Assembly (NCBI GenBank): GCA_965222225.1
Contig: CBDCTK010000002.1
Location: forward strand, 3,136,001 to 3,200,000
Origin: Candidatus Poribacteria bacterium
GTDB lineage: Bacteria; Poribacteria; WGA-4E; JAJDTR01
DNA length: 64,000 bases
Direction of reading: 5' to 3'
The notes beneath the pieces were generated by a model that ran no database searches, was not told where the DNA came from, and saw nothing but the letters and a program-made list of their open reading frames with translations. Of the stretch, positions 1-9,270 are shown in pieces (positions within the stretch are counted from its first letter, which is position 1; the number at the start of each line of letters is the position of its first letter). The position numbers and the translations under genes were made by a program.

Positions 1-186
1 CGTCCAGTCCAACTGTTTCTAGGATGGGGCGCAGAACGTTCGCATCCATTTCTTCGGATTGCCGTGCAGGTCGGCGGCGTTAAACCCGGCGTCCTTGATG
101 GTTTGTAACGTGTCACGCGAATTTTCAAGGACATCGCAGCCGAGGAATGCGAAGATATCGAATACGACGGTGTACTTGAAACTCAT
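1..186 (-). pseudogene. 5' part of a probable sugar phosphate isomerase/epimerase (TIM-barrel) gene with an apparent frameshift; runs off the window
   Basis: ATG at 186 after a GGGGAG RBS reads MSFKYTVVFDIFAFLGCDVLENSRDTLQTIKDAGFNAADLHGNP and stops at TAG 19-21. A shifted frame continues EMDANVLRPILETVGLD to the window edge. Confidence 0.5.
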
Positions 187-270
187 TACACTCTCCCCAT
201 GTTTCTGGCTGGTACCTGAATAATTTTGACAACTTGATACAAGCTAAGGCCTCACATCGGCCCTGACGCT

Positions 271-1047
271 TCATCCACTAAACAGGTGTTCAACCGAAGC
301 CAATTGAACGCGGGCCGCATCTACGATTAAGTTGTAATCGGTGGCGTAGCATAGAAATGTAAATCCCTGCGCAATCCGCTGGCGCACTTCCTCAGGCGTT
401 CCGCAATGGTACCCAATAGCGACTCCGTTCTTTCGGCCGGCAGCCAATGCTCGCTCAAGCGCGGCCTCGTTCTCCGGAAGCGGATCCGGCTGCATCGGGT
501 CCACTCCCAAGGACAAGCTCAGGTCAAATCGGCCTCCGTAAAGTACGTCAACACCGGGCACAGCCGTGATCGCTTCCACGTTTTCCACAGCCTCCTTGGT
601 CTCTAGTATTAACGCCACGAGGATGTTGTCATTCGCACGTCTGAAATAGTCCTCGTTATCGAGTGTGTACTGCGACGCTCGCAGCGCTCCAAAGCTGCGC
701 GTACCATCTGGGGGGTAGCGCGTGGCATTGACAATGGCCTGCGCTTGGTCGGCTGTCTTCACCATTGGGACGAGAATCCCCATGGCCCCCGTGTCCAACG
801 CCCGCTGAATGAAGACCGGTTCGGACGATGGGACGCGCACAATGGGAATTGTCTCGGTACCGTTCATGGCCATGAGCATGTGTTGAACCTGCGCGGAGTC
901 CAGCGCGTTGTGTTCCATTTCAATAGACAACCAATGGTATCCCACGCGTGCCAGAAGCTCAGCGACGGTAGGACTTCCCAATCCCATAGTGCAACCAATG
1001 GTCGGGTGACCAGCATGCAATCTCTCGCGCACCCAGTTCGTTCTCAT
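271..1047 (-). CDS. HpcH/HpaI-family class II aldolase
   Basis: Motifs IEMEHN, IVRVP, ALDTGAMGILVPMV, TRYPPDGTRS, ILETKEAVENVEAI and DLSLSLG; GAGGAGG RBS upstream. Confidence 0.9.
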   Translation of the reverse strand: MRTNWVRERLHAGHPTIGCTMGLGSPTVAELLARVGYHWLSIEMEHNALDSAQVQHMLMAMNGTETIPIVRVPSSEPVFIQRALDTGAMGILVPMVKTADQAQAIVNATRYPPDGTRSFGALRASQYTLDNEDYFRRANDNILVALILETKEAVENVEAITAVPGVDVLYGGRFDLSLSLGVDPMQPDPLPENEAALERALAAGRKNGVAIGYHCGTPEEVRQRIAQGFTFLCYATDYNLIVDAARVQLASVEHLFSG

Positions 1048-1612
1048 GTTAGCGTTCCTCCTCAGATTTGCCTCGGGTTACTGCTTCTCAGCACCTACAG
1101 CCCGGACGGAGCCACGCCACGAAAATGAGTGACGGGCATAAATTAACTCGCAGACAGGTAAGCCACTGGTTGAACCGGTGGACAGGTAAAGGTTTGAGCC
1201 ACAGAATAAATAGTTGTTAAAATACCTTCTTAGCTTGACGGATAGATAACATCGAAAACTAAAGCGGAGAAGTGGATATTTTCTGCGAGTTGAGCACATC
1301 CGAGACCAAATTGTAAATCCTATGTGGTGTTTATACCTGAGAGTCGGCAGTGTACTATCATGTAACCCGCAGCAAACTCAGTGGCGGCTGCATGCGCTGT
1401 CTTGTGTGAACGTATTGAGAGCGGGGGAGAAAGCCGCCGCTGAGCACCGGGGCTCATCCCGTTTGCACCGCCGTTTCTGGGTGCTTGGCATTTTGGGTGG
1501 AAATCTTGTTTTCATGCCGGTTTATCACGCATTTAGGAATAGGATGTCATAGTAGTGATAGAACATCGAAGTGATATGCAACAACTCCAAGTTCTGTCTC
1601 GCGATACCTGTG

Positions 1613-3559
1613 TTACAGAATCCCAAATTTGTAGGTTGGCGTTTGAATGACGATGCTGAGCGCGCTCCAAAAACTTCCTACCACAAACTCGCCCAATATT
1701 AAACCCAAGAAAAATGGAACTGCTTTCCGATGTGATTGCAATCCTCCATATTTAAGAATTATCCATTTTGCCAAGAAGCTTATCACAAGACAGAACCAGA
1801 TGAAGTCTACTCCGTAATTAATGGAGATGGCATAACCTGCTGGATGAAATGGCCACCAGAGAAAGCGCATCCGCATGGCCATCAGTATCAAGGTGAAAAA
1901 GAATCCTAAAGCCATGAGGAGAACCGCCCTATAGTCTGTTCCCGAGGGATAAGACAACTGTTGATGCAAAGTACCGAAACTCTCCCAACCCGCGTAACTC
2001 ATTTGCACACCAAATTTGTAGGCCAGATGCAAAAAACTCGCGAAGCATGTGGGGATGGCAATGAGGGTTGCAAGTACCATTGCCGTCACGAGAATCGGCA
2101 TGCGTATGTTTGCTCTTTCACCTATCTTCAGGTTTTCCAAGTACTCCGGCATGGGATGACTCGAATAGGTACGGTTAAAAAACTGGAACAATGCAATGGC
2201 GGTCAGATTGAAGGGGCCTAATCGACGCGGGCCAAAGATATTAAACATGATTGGGCGTGCACTCACTCCCCATAGGTTGTGAAAGGGAGGTCCTACCTCG
2301 GCGCGTACTCGCGACAACGCAAGGAAGATCGCGTAGTCTATCGCGAAAAACAGGAGAATGACCCAAATCGACATTCCCATAGAGTAGCAAAACACAAATA
2401 TGAACAGCATTGCCGCTATCATTCCACCAAACGCCCACTTGTATTCCAACCCTTCAGCCCGGTCCTGTTCTGACCGAGGATGAAAGGTTTGCCGGAACAC
2501 TTTTGCAAAATGTCGCCGCGTGACCCAAACCGTTATAAGGGCAAAACCCAACCATGCACCTTGCGCCTGTTCATCGAAAATTGGCATGCCTGTCGTGCCA
2601 GTATTAAGAGCATAACCAAAAACTGCTGCCAATACCTGTATCGCCTTTCTAAAGAGAAAGAAAAACCAGAGGGAAAAAGATAGATCCAGGGGAAGGAAGA
2701 AACTCATGCCAACGAGAAAGGGAGAAAACGCCACCGCAGTCCATCCAATGGCATTCCATGGCTTATCTGTAAAAAAATGCCCTATTGGCGTCAATTTAAC
2801 GTGCAAGTATGGCACCCTAGGGAAGAAAAAGTTAAGGCCGTTCAACAAATCAATTCCGGCAGCGATGCTAAATCCAACCCACAGTAACTTCGCCGTGAAG
2901 ATTCCAGATTCTTTATTCGTAATTGCCAGCGGTAGTTGAACGATAGGATAGGCGAGTTTTTCATTTTCTGTCCACTGCTTTCGGACAATAATACATAGAC
3001 ATAGCATAACTAAAAGCAACGCCAGAATGAAAAGTGACCACCAGAACACCGGCACCAACCATGTGGACAAATGCGCGCGAGTGAAAAAGGCAGAATTGCC
3101 CTCGTAGTATCCGTGCAAAACCGTTTTATTTCTGATAGAAAGCCAAGTGGGAACATAAGGATGAATTGTCTGCGCCCACTCGTTTTCGGGCATCGCAAAC
3201 CAGAAGGCGTGAGGCATGAGCTGGACGAGAAGGGGCAAAAACTGACGGGCAGCGATTACAGATACCGCGCAAAGCATGCTGTAAATCGTCAGCAGTTCCC
3301 CTCGATTCAGCGCCTCGGACGGGATAAACCTTTGAAGTAATAGATTGATGAAGAGGACGACGCATAAACTGAAAACTGCGTTGAAAAACAGCGTTGCAGC
3401 GGTCGGATGTCCCGAGAACCATATACACTCTATTAGTATAATCCAGTAACAGTTGAGAGGTACCAAAACAAGCCCAATAGCGACAGCACGCCATCTAATT
3501 GCCCGAAATTCCGTTGGCATGGGGTGTTGCGGAAGGGATGCGGGTACATGATGGTCCAT
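1613..3559 (-). CDS. Polytopic membrane protein, DUF6785/DUF6784 type (putative transporter), copy 1
   Basis: Many hydrophobic helices; motifs RKQWTENEKLAYPI, FFLPLDLSFSLWFF, RVRAEVG, WWPFHPAGY and PFFLGLILGEF shared with the other two copies in the window. Confidence 0.8.
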   Translation of the reverse strand: MDHHVPASLPQHPMPTEFRAIRWRAVAIGLVLVPLNCYWIILIECIWFSGHPTAATLFFNAVFSLCVVLFINLLLQRFIPSEALNRGELLTIYSMLCAVSVIAARQFLPLLVQLMPHAFWFAMPENEWAQTIHPYVPTWLSIRNKTVLHGYYEGNSAFFTRAHLSTWLVPVFWWSLFILALLLVMLCLCIIVRKQWTENEKLAYPIVQLPLAITNKESGIFTAKLLWVGFSIAAGIDLLNGLNFFFPRVPYLHVKLTPIGHFFTDKPWNAIGWTAVAFSPFLVGMSFFLPLDLSFSLWFFFLFRKAIQVLAAVFGYALNTGTTGMPIFDEQAQGAWLGFALITVWVTRRHFAKVFRQTFHPRSEQDRAEGLEYKWAFGGMIAAMLFIFVFCYSMGMSIWVILLFFAIDYAIFLALSRVRAEVGPPFHNLWGVSARPIMFNIFGPRRLGPFNLTAIALFQFFNRTYSSHPMPEYLENLKIGERANIRMPILVTAMVLATLIAIPTCFASFLHLAYKFGVQMSYAGWESFGTLHQQLSYPSGTDYRAVLLMALGFFFTLILMAMRMRFLWWPFHPAGYAISINYGVDFIWFCLVISFLAKWIILKYGGLQSHRKAVPFFLGLILGEFVVGSFWSALSIVIQTPTYKFGIL

Positions 3560-3880
3560 TTATTTATCCATTGACTTCACTAGTCTTGCACTCAGGTTGA
3601 GTCGTTCTCGTACATCCTCCTCGGCCTCACAATTAATACCGGTACATAGGCCGTCAGGTGCAACCTCTCAGCGCAGTGGTTCAATCTCCCAGGTCATACG
3701 TATACAAGTGCGCTTGCCCTTACTTTGGACGTGATTGAGAAGCGGAATCCACTGCATTATACCTTCTGTAACCCCCGCCCCCGATACCCATTGGATAGCA
3801 TCCCAATGGGGGCACTTTACCACTTCTATAAACTGAACTAAACAGTTGCTCCGAATTTAATGCCGCCCCGCATGGTAGAG

Positions 3881-3913
3881 AAAAAAAAGCCAGGAGGTCA
3901 AAAACCCCCTGGC
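3881..3913 (-). terminator. Intrinsic terminator after the LamG gene pair
   Basis: Minus strand GCCAGGGGG-TTTTTGA-CCTCCTGGC (9-bp stem, one G-U pair) followed by T8, about 35 nt after the stop at 3947. Confidence 0.85.
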
Positions 3914-3946
3914 CAAATAAACTCATGCAGATTGGCTGTGGTGAGG

Positions 3947-4762
3947 CTATCTTGATGCCTTTATTGCTCCCCAGGTGATAGCTAACTTATCCGCAGGTGC
4001 TACAGCAAGTCCCGATGCCCGATAGTTCCGTCGGATTTCCGCGTCACTGAGGGCGCGATCATAAATGGCGACTTCGTCGATGAGGCCGTCGTGAAACCTA
4101 AGTTTATCATGAAATCGAACCCCCAACCCGAGGATTGAGTCGTTGTCAGGAGTATATTTTCCTACGGGTGCGGTTTTCGGTGAGATGCGTTTACTTTCCC
4201 CGTTAACATATATCAGTGGATCGTTCTTGTCGCTAGAGGAATCGTAAACCATCGCCGCATGAAACCATTCTTCAATTTCATATTCGCCGGCGCGCGTATG
4301 CCAGGCGCCGTTCGTGCTATCAAAGTCAGCGTGGATATATAAAACATTGCCGCCGCCTTCCTTGCGATGCATCAATGTCCACTGGTTTTTGTCGCCGATT
4401 CTGCCTTGATCATTCTGCCCCAACGATTCTGAAAATAGCCAGGCCATAAATGTACCACCGCCATCAAAAATATTGGCTAGACTGTTTCTCTTTCCGCAAT
4501 TGACGCCATCTTGTGCCCCATCAAAGTTCAGGGCTTCACCGACTCTTCCCGGGCTTGGTTCTGGATCCCCTACTTCCGTGCAATCGTTAGGTCCAACAAC
4601 GTCCCTGATTCTTTTGCCCTTGATGGTATTGGCATCCAAAGACCAGTAGCTTACCAGTCCGTCTTCAACCAAAAATTGGGCATCTGCTTGATTCTTATAC
4701 CCGGCCAAAGTGATTATCATTGTCAGGACAAAAAGCCTCGCGAGATTCCTTCTAAAATCCAT
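3947..4762 (-). CDS. Secreted LamG/concanavalin A-like domain protein, copy 1
   Basis: Signal peptide ending ADA; GLVSYWSLD, GEALNFDG, WFHAAMVYD, IYVNG and GLIDEVAIYDRALSDAEI; tail LAVAPADKLAITWGAIK. Confidence 0.9.
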   Translation of the reverse strand: MDFRRNLARLFVLTMIITLAGYKNQADAQFLVEDGLVSYWSLDANTIKGKRIRDVVGPNDCTEVGDPEPSPGRVGEALNFDGAQDGVNCGKRNSLANIFDGGGTFMAWLFSESLGQNDQGRIGDKNQWTLMHRKEGGGNVLYIHADFDSTNGAWHTRAGEYEIEEWFHAAMVYDSSSDKNDPLIYVNGESKRISPKTAPVGKYTPDNDSILGLGVRFHDKLRFHDGLIDEVAIYDRALSDAEIRRNYRASGLAVAPADKLAITWGAIKASR

Positions 4763-4763
4763 T

Positions 4764-4816
4764 CCTTATCTCCTCGTGTCGTTCTAATAACCATTGCCTT
4801 ATCTCCTCGTGTCGTT
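4764..4816. repeat. Duplicated 20-nt RBS-containing unit CCTTATCTCCTCGTGTCGTT (4764-4783 and 4797-4816; third copy at 5660-5679)
   Basis: Exact direct repeat read from the sequence; on the minus strand it carries GAGGAG in front of the LamG start codons. Confidence 0.9.
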
Positions 4817-4842
4817 TGGGCAATCTGCGTATGGTAGTGAGG

Positions 4843-5658
4843 CTATCTTGATGACTTTATTGCTCCCCAGGTGATAGCTAACGCATCCGCAGGGGCCACA
4901 GCAAGCCCCTCTGCCCGATAGTTCTCTCGGATTTCCGCGTCACTGAGGGCGCGATTATAAATGGCGACTTCGTCGATGAGGCCGTCGTGAAACCTCATTT
5001 TATCATGAAAACTCATCGCCAACCCGAAGATTGAGTCATTGTCAGGTGTATATTTTCCTACGGGGGCGGTTTTCGCTACTATGCGTTTACTTTCCCCGTT
5101 AACATATATCATTGGATCGTTCTTGACGCTAGAGGAATCGTAAACCATCGCCGCATGAAACCATTCTTCCAATTCATATTCGCCAGGGTGCGTATGCCAG
5201 GCACCGTTGGTGGCATCAAAGTCAGCATGGATATATAGTACGTTGCCGCGGCCTTCCTTGCGAAGCATCAGTGTCCATTGATTTTTGTCGCCGATTCTGC
5301 CTTCATCGTTCTGCCCCAACGATCTTGCAAATACCCAGGCCATAAATGTACCACCGCCATCAAAAATATTGGCTAGAGTGTTTCTGTTTCCGCAATTGGC
5401 GCCAGCTTTTCCCCCATCAAAGTTCAGGGCTTCACCGACTTTTCCCGGGCCTGGCTCTGGAGCCCTTACTCCCGTGCAATCGTTAGGTCCAGCAACGTCC
5501 CTGATTCTATTCCCGTTGATGGTATCGGCATCCAAAGACCAGTAGCTTACCAGTCCGTCTTGAACCAAAAATTGGGCATCTGCTTGATTCTTATACCCGG
5601 CCAAAGTGATTATCATTGTCAGGACAAAAAGCCTCGCGAGATTCCTTCTAAAATCCAT
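4843..5658 (-). CDS. Secreted LamG domain protein, copy 2 (recent tandem duplicate of copy 1)
   Basis: Same length (271 aa), identical signal peptide and same LamG motifs; tail LAVAPADALAITWGAIK. Confidence 0.9.
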   Translation of the reverse strand: MDFRRNLARLFVLTMIITLAGYKNQADAQFLVQDGLVSYWSLDADTINGNRIRDVAGPNDCTGVRAPEPGPGKVGEALNFDGGKAGANCGNRNTLANIFDGGGTFMAWVFARSLGQNDEGRIGDKNQWTLMLRKEGRGNVLYIHADFDATNGAWHTHPGEYELEEWFHAAMVYDSSSVKNDPMIYVNGESKRIVAKTAPVGKYTPDNDSIFGLAMSFHDKMRFHDGLIDEVAIYNRALSDAEIRENYRAEGLAVAPADALAITWGAIKSSR

Positions 5659-5854
5659 TCCTTATCTCCTCGTGTCGTTTGGGCAATCAGAGTTCGGAGT
5701 CAAGGGCGATGAGAAACACCACCGGAAGTTTGAGTTTAAGTGGACAGTATAATTCATTTGGAAAAATCAAACTTTAGCTTTCGGACAATCGCGATAGCAA
5801 AAGTTGATATTATCCCAAAATGCTTTTGTGCTTGTAGGTAACCGTGCAATACAC

Positions 5855-6106
5855 CCCATAAGGATCAAGTTAAGCGTTTTAGGGTGCAAGTCACGCGGTT
5901 TTAATGACTTAAACTGTTAATCTCCATTTAGACTTGGCGAGGGAAAATCAACTCATTCATTAACAGGTCTACCGCGGAAGATGACTCATGGCGCTCGTTT
6001 CCGTAGGGGCGGTCCCGGTGCGGTTGGAAACCGCACCTACCGAAGGGGTTTGCGACGGAAAACCCCATCAATACTATACGAACTTCCTTAACTTGATCCC
6101 TATGGG
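5855..6106. mobile_element. MITE-like element (252 bp) with 20-bp terminal inverted repeats and a long flanking direct repeat
   Basis: CCCATAAGGATCAAGTTAAG (5855-5874) and CTTAACTTGATCCCTATGGG (6087-6106) match at 19/20. AACCGTGCAATACAC flanks both sides (5840-5854 and 6108-6122). No transposase inside. Confidence 0.8.
6003..6040. repeat. REP-like palindrome (GTAG...CTAC type)
   Basis: GTAGGGGCGGTCCC-GGTGCGGTTGGAAACCGCACC-TAC; the same hairpin core recurs at 59267 and about 60992. Confidence 0.75.
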
Positions 6107-6524
6107 CAACCGTGCAATACACCCCTGAGAAAGAATCGCACTAATATTGGCAAATAGTTCTTCAAGGAAGTTGCACTGCGACTGCATTCGAGCACTCTTG
6201 AGCAGTGGTTCGTGTCCCCAATTACGCAAAATTCACGCCGAAACCCTGTCGTGAACGATGTTTAGACGTTCCAAATGGCAATCGAAAAGGAGCAACTGGG
6301 CAGGGGTGGAAGGGGGAAACTCCCGTGCGATGACTGAATTGACCAATAAAGGAACAGCGATTGAATAACTTCTGCATCCCCTACCTTCTCTAAACTCATC
6401 CGTCTAGAGGAGGTAGGGGAAAATGCCCCGACATTGCTTTGCTTGGTCTCCAATCCGAACTCCCACTCGCTGCCGCACTTCAAACACGCTTGGTGTCTAC
6501 GTGGAAGCGGCTTGCGTCAATCAG

Positions 6525-6552
6525 GGGCCAGGGGATCAAAACCCCCTGGCCC
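6525..6552 (-). terminator. Hairpin after LamG copy 3, homologous to the terminator at 3889-3913
   Basis: Perfect 10-bp stem GGGCCAGGGG/CCCCTGGCCC; no U-tract follows. Confidence 0.55.
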
Positions 6553-6583
6553 AAGAATGTAATGCGGATCGACAGTGTTGAGG

Positions 6584-7420
6584 CTATCTTCTTGCAGTCT
6601 TTACTGCTGCCCAAGTGATTGCCAGCTTATCCGCAGGGGCCACGGCAGTTGATCCCTCTAATCCCGCATAGTTCTGTCGCACTTCCGCCTCACTGAGGGC
6701 GCGATCATAAATGGCGACTTCGTCAATGATGCCGTCGAAGAACCTTTTCAAGTCATGAAAACGAATCCCAATCCCGAAAACCGACTCGGTGTCGTCCACA
6801 TATTCTCCTTCGGGTACGACTTTCACTGTTATCTCTTGACTTACCCCATTAATAAATACCATCGGATCGTTCTGGTCGCTAGAGGAATCGTAAACCATTG
6901 CCCCATGATACCATTCGTTAAATGCAAATGTGCCAACGGGCGAACGCCAAGCACCGTTGGTAGTGGTGAATGCAGCATGAACATATAAAATGTTGCCACG
7001 GCCTTCGAACCGATGCATCAATGTCCACTGGTCCTTGTCACCCAGTCTGCCTTGATCGTTCTGGCCCATACTCCGTGGATATGCCCATGCCATGAATGTA
7101 CCGCCACCATCAAAAATATTCGCCAGACTTGCATCGTTTCCGCACGTGACGCCATCTTCTATCCCATCATAGAGCAGGGCTTCACCGACCTTTCCTTCGA
7201 CTACCTCTAAGGCGCCTACCTGGCCGCATTGGTTAACTCCAACCAGGTCGTCGACCTTTCTGCCCTGAGTGTCCTTCTCATCAAAAGACCAATAGCTTAC
7301 TAGACCGTCTTTAACCAGGAAATCGGGCACTTGGGCATTGGCGGGATTCGTATGCCAGGCGAAAGTATTGATCATTGTCAGGACAACGAGCGTCGCGATA
7401 TTTCTTTTCGGGCTAAGCAT
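6584..7420 (-). CDS. Secreted LamG domain protein, copy 3 (more diverged paralogue)
   Basis: Signal peptide ending ANA; GLVSYWSFDE and GIIDEVAIYDRALSEAEV; tail AVAPADKLAITWAAVK; AGGAGG RBS. Confidence 0.9.
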   Translation of the reverse strand: MLSPKRNIATLVVLTMINTFAWHTNPANAQVPDFLVKDGLVSYWSFDEKDTQGRKVDDLVGVNQCGQVGALEVVEGKVGEALLYDGIEDGVTCGNDASLANIFDGGGTFMAWAYPRSMGQNDQGRLGDKDQWTLMHRFEGRGNILYVHAAFTTTNGAWRSPVGTFAFNEWYHGAMVYDSSSDQNDPMVFINGVSQEITVKVVPEGEYVDDTESVFGIGIRFHDLKRFFDGIIDEVAIYDRALSEAEVRQNYAGLEGSTAVAPADKLAITWAAVKTARR

Positions 7421-7569
7421 TGCTTACCTCCTGTGCCGTTTAGGCAATCATTCGAATTTGACCGCTCTCGCGGCCATGAATAGGAACCGAGATCTGCGTT
7501 CCCTACATTTGCTGAGCAAAACCGCTTTTATCAAGGTGGAAATTCGGGTTAATTTAACAAAATCGTTGC

Positions 7570-7598
7570 ATTATAACAGTCTTCGAGAAAAAATGCAA
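7570..7598 (-). promoter_or_regulatory. Sigma70-type promoter for LamG copy 3
   Basis: TTGCAT-17 nt-TATAAT with extended -10 TG. Confidence 0.65.
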
Positions 7599-7846
7599 GT
7601 AAATTTCGATGCAATTTAGAGCCTGATTGAAACGTAGGTCGCTAGACAATTTTTTGTCCCGGTCGGGACAAAATCATTTGATCTTGAAGAAGTCTACCCT
7701 CAAATGGACATTCTCAACGAATTGATTCACTGTTGAATCAACCCAAGATTGACCTAGCTCCGTACGTTTCTGGTTCCAAATCGAGAATTGGTGTCATCAA
7801 TGTAGACACCGATTTACCCCACTTCTAGGGAGATATTCTCGATCAT

Positions 7847-8599
7847 TTACTCATCCCCGTTTTCCACAGTGCGTGCAAGCAACTCTTGCAATCTTGGCGG
7901 GAACGCCTCATAAACCTCGCGCTTGACGAGCGGCCAAATGCGTCGAGGCCGGTGGACGAATTTCGGCGTATAGAAGGCGTTCGCGAACACTCGATGTTGA
8001 TCGGTGGTGGTGTTAGCACTGATGGCGTGCCACAATCCGTTATGGTAAATAAAGAGTGAGCCGCGCTCCCCAACAACAGAGACCTCGGAGGCGTAGGAGG
8101 CGCGTGTTGGGCCACGCTGCGTGTGGTGACTAAACGGGACGATGCGGGTTGCGCCGTTTTCAACGGTGCCATCGCTAAGCATCCAGAACGCTTGTAACCC
8201 GCCCCATGGCGGCGTCGGAGAACTTACCGAGGTCCACGTCCAAGCAGCTGCAAGTAGCGGCCAATCGGGGTGTAATGCGCCGGCTTCGGTGCCGGGTTTT
8301 GCCCACCTCACCGCAACATTATTAGCTAGGGTAAAACCTTCCCCAAGGACGGTCTCGGCGATTTCCATGATAATTGGGTGAATACATAATGGGGCAAGCT
8401 CCGGCACGACGTTGAGCGCACACTCAAGACTGATGTACTGTTCACCCCCTCCGGTAGCGTGTCCGCGACGCACGTTTCGCGCCTCTATTCTCTCGCGGCA
8501 GATGTGTTCAAGGCGTTTTGCCTCCCCGGCCTCCAACACCCGCGGAAAGAGGCAATAACCCTCTTCGGATAAACGAACCTTCACAGCCTCAATATCCAT
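7847..8599 (-). CDS. Phytanoyl-CoA dioxygenase (PhyH) family Fe/2-oxoglutarate oxygenase
   Basis: EEGY, HPD, ENGATRIVPFSH and LWHA. Start moved to ATG 8599 because the ORF-track start (8686) lies within the predicted -10 box. Confidence 0.88.
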   Translation of the reverse strand: MDIEAVKVRLSEEGYCLFPRVLEAGEAKRLEHICRERIEARNVRRGHATGGGEQYISLECALNVVPELAPLCIHPIIMEIAETVLGEGFTLANNVAVRWAKPGTEAGALHPDWPLLAAAWTWTSVSSPTPPWGGLQAFWMLSDGTVENGATRIVPFSHHTQRGPTRASYASEVSVVGERGSLFIYHNGLWHAISANTTTDQHRVFANAFYTPKFVHRPRRIWPLVKREVYEAFPPRLQELLARTVENGDE

Positions 8600-8684
8600 G
8601 AATCTGTCCTTCCCGGCAACTGAGAAAATCAAATCTTGATGTTGGCTATTATCCTTGCTATAGTGGCATTCATTAATCAACGGC

Positions 8685-8715
8685 ATTATAGCACTCTGTT
8701 CTAATCGCTTGTCAA
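8685..8715 (-). promoter_or_regulatory. Sigma70-type promoter for the phyH gene
   Basis: TTGACA-19 nt-TATAAT with extended -10 TG; the spacer is long. Confidence 0.55.
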
Positions 8716-8892
8716 GTCCAAAACACTGGATGGTCCATGGTGTAACGAAGAGTTGACAAATTTCCTTATTGTGCGTTTGGATGCTTTCATTTTGTCCCCA
8801 AGTCCATACTCAAGTCCATACGTAAGAAGGAAACCTGAGCCCGATAGGCGTCTATAACTTCCGCCTGAATACCGCACATCCGGAGATTCCTA

Positions 8893-8921
8893 TTGACCTG
8901 AAGACGAAAAACAGGTAGAAT
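8893..8921 (+). promoter_or_regulatory. Sigma70-type promoter upstream of the glycoside hydrolase
   Basis: TTGACC-17 nt-TAGAAT. Confidence 0.5.
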
Positions 8922-9270
8922 GCGCGAACGCTGCCAATAGATTCTTCATTTCAAACGTTCTGGAATCAAACCATAGAGATTCTTCGCTCAAGCCTTGAGA
9001 ACAAACACAACGTGCGATCCATTTGGGTCATTCCTACAAACGATATGAGGTCTAGAAAGGCGACTTTCACAAGAAATCGGACATTACCTGTTCACGCTAC
9101 CTTTCTCTTTGGGAACTCCCTGAACCAAAGCCTCTCCACAAGAGGAATAATCTTGAAATGTGCCCATACCCTCTGAGGCCCACCCCAGAGCCCGGTGAGG
9201 TCGGACATGCTCGCGACCGCCGCGGATCGTGTCCACACCTTCAACGAAACAGTTACACGGAGACTAACCC

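Noticed and set aside
1078-1552. Short ORFs and small hairpins (1420-1490) between the aldolase and DUF6785 genes
   Set aside because: No protein motif or recognisable RNA family; the stems are short enough to be chance.
3947-5658. Diversity-generating retroelement (template/variable repeat)
   Set aside because: Both copies are full genes, the differences are not adenine-specific, and no reverse transcriptase is present.
7617-7632. TAGAGCCTGATTGAAA, similar to the left end of the 61240 MITE
   Set aside because: I found no matching right end or target duplication nearby; at most a relic.
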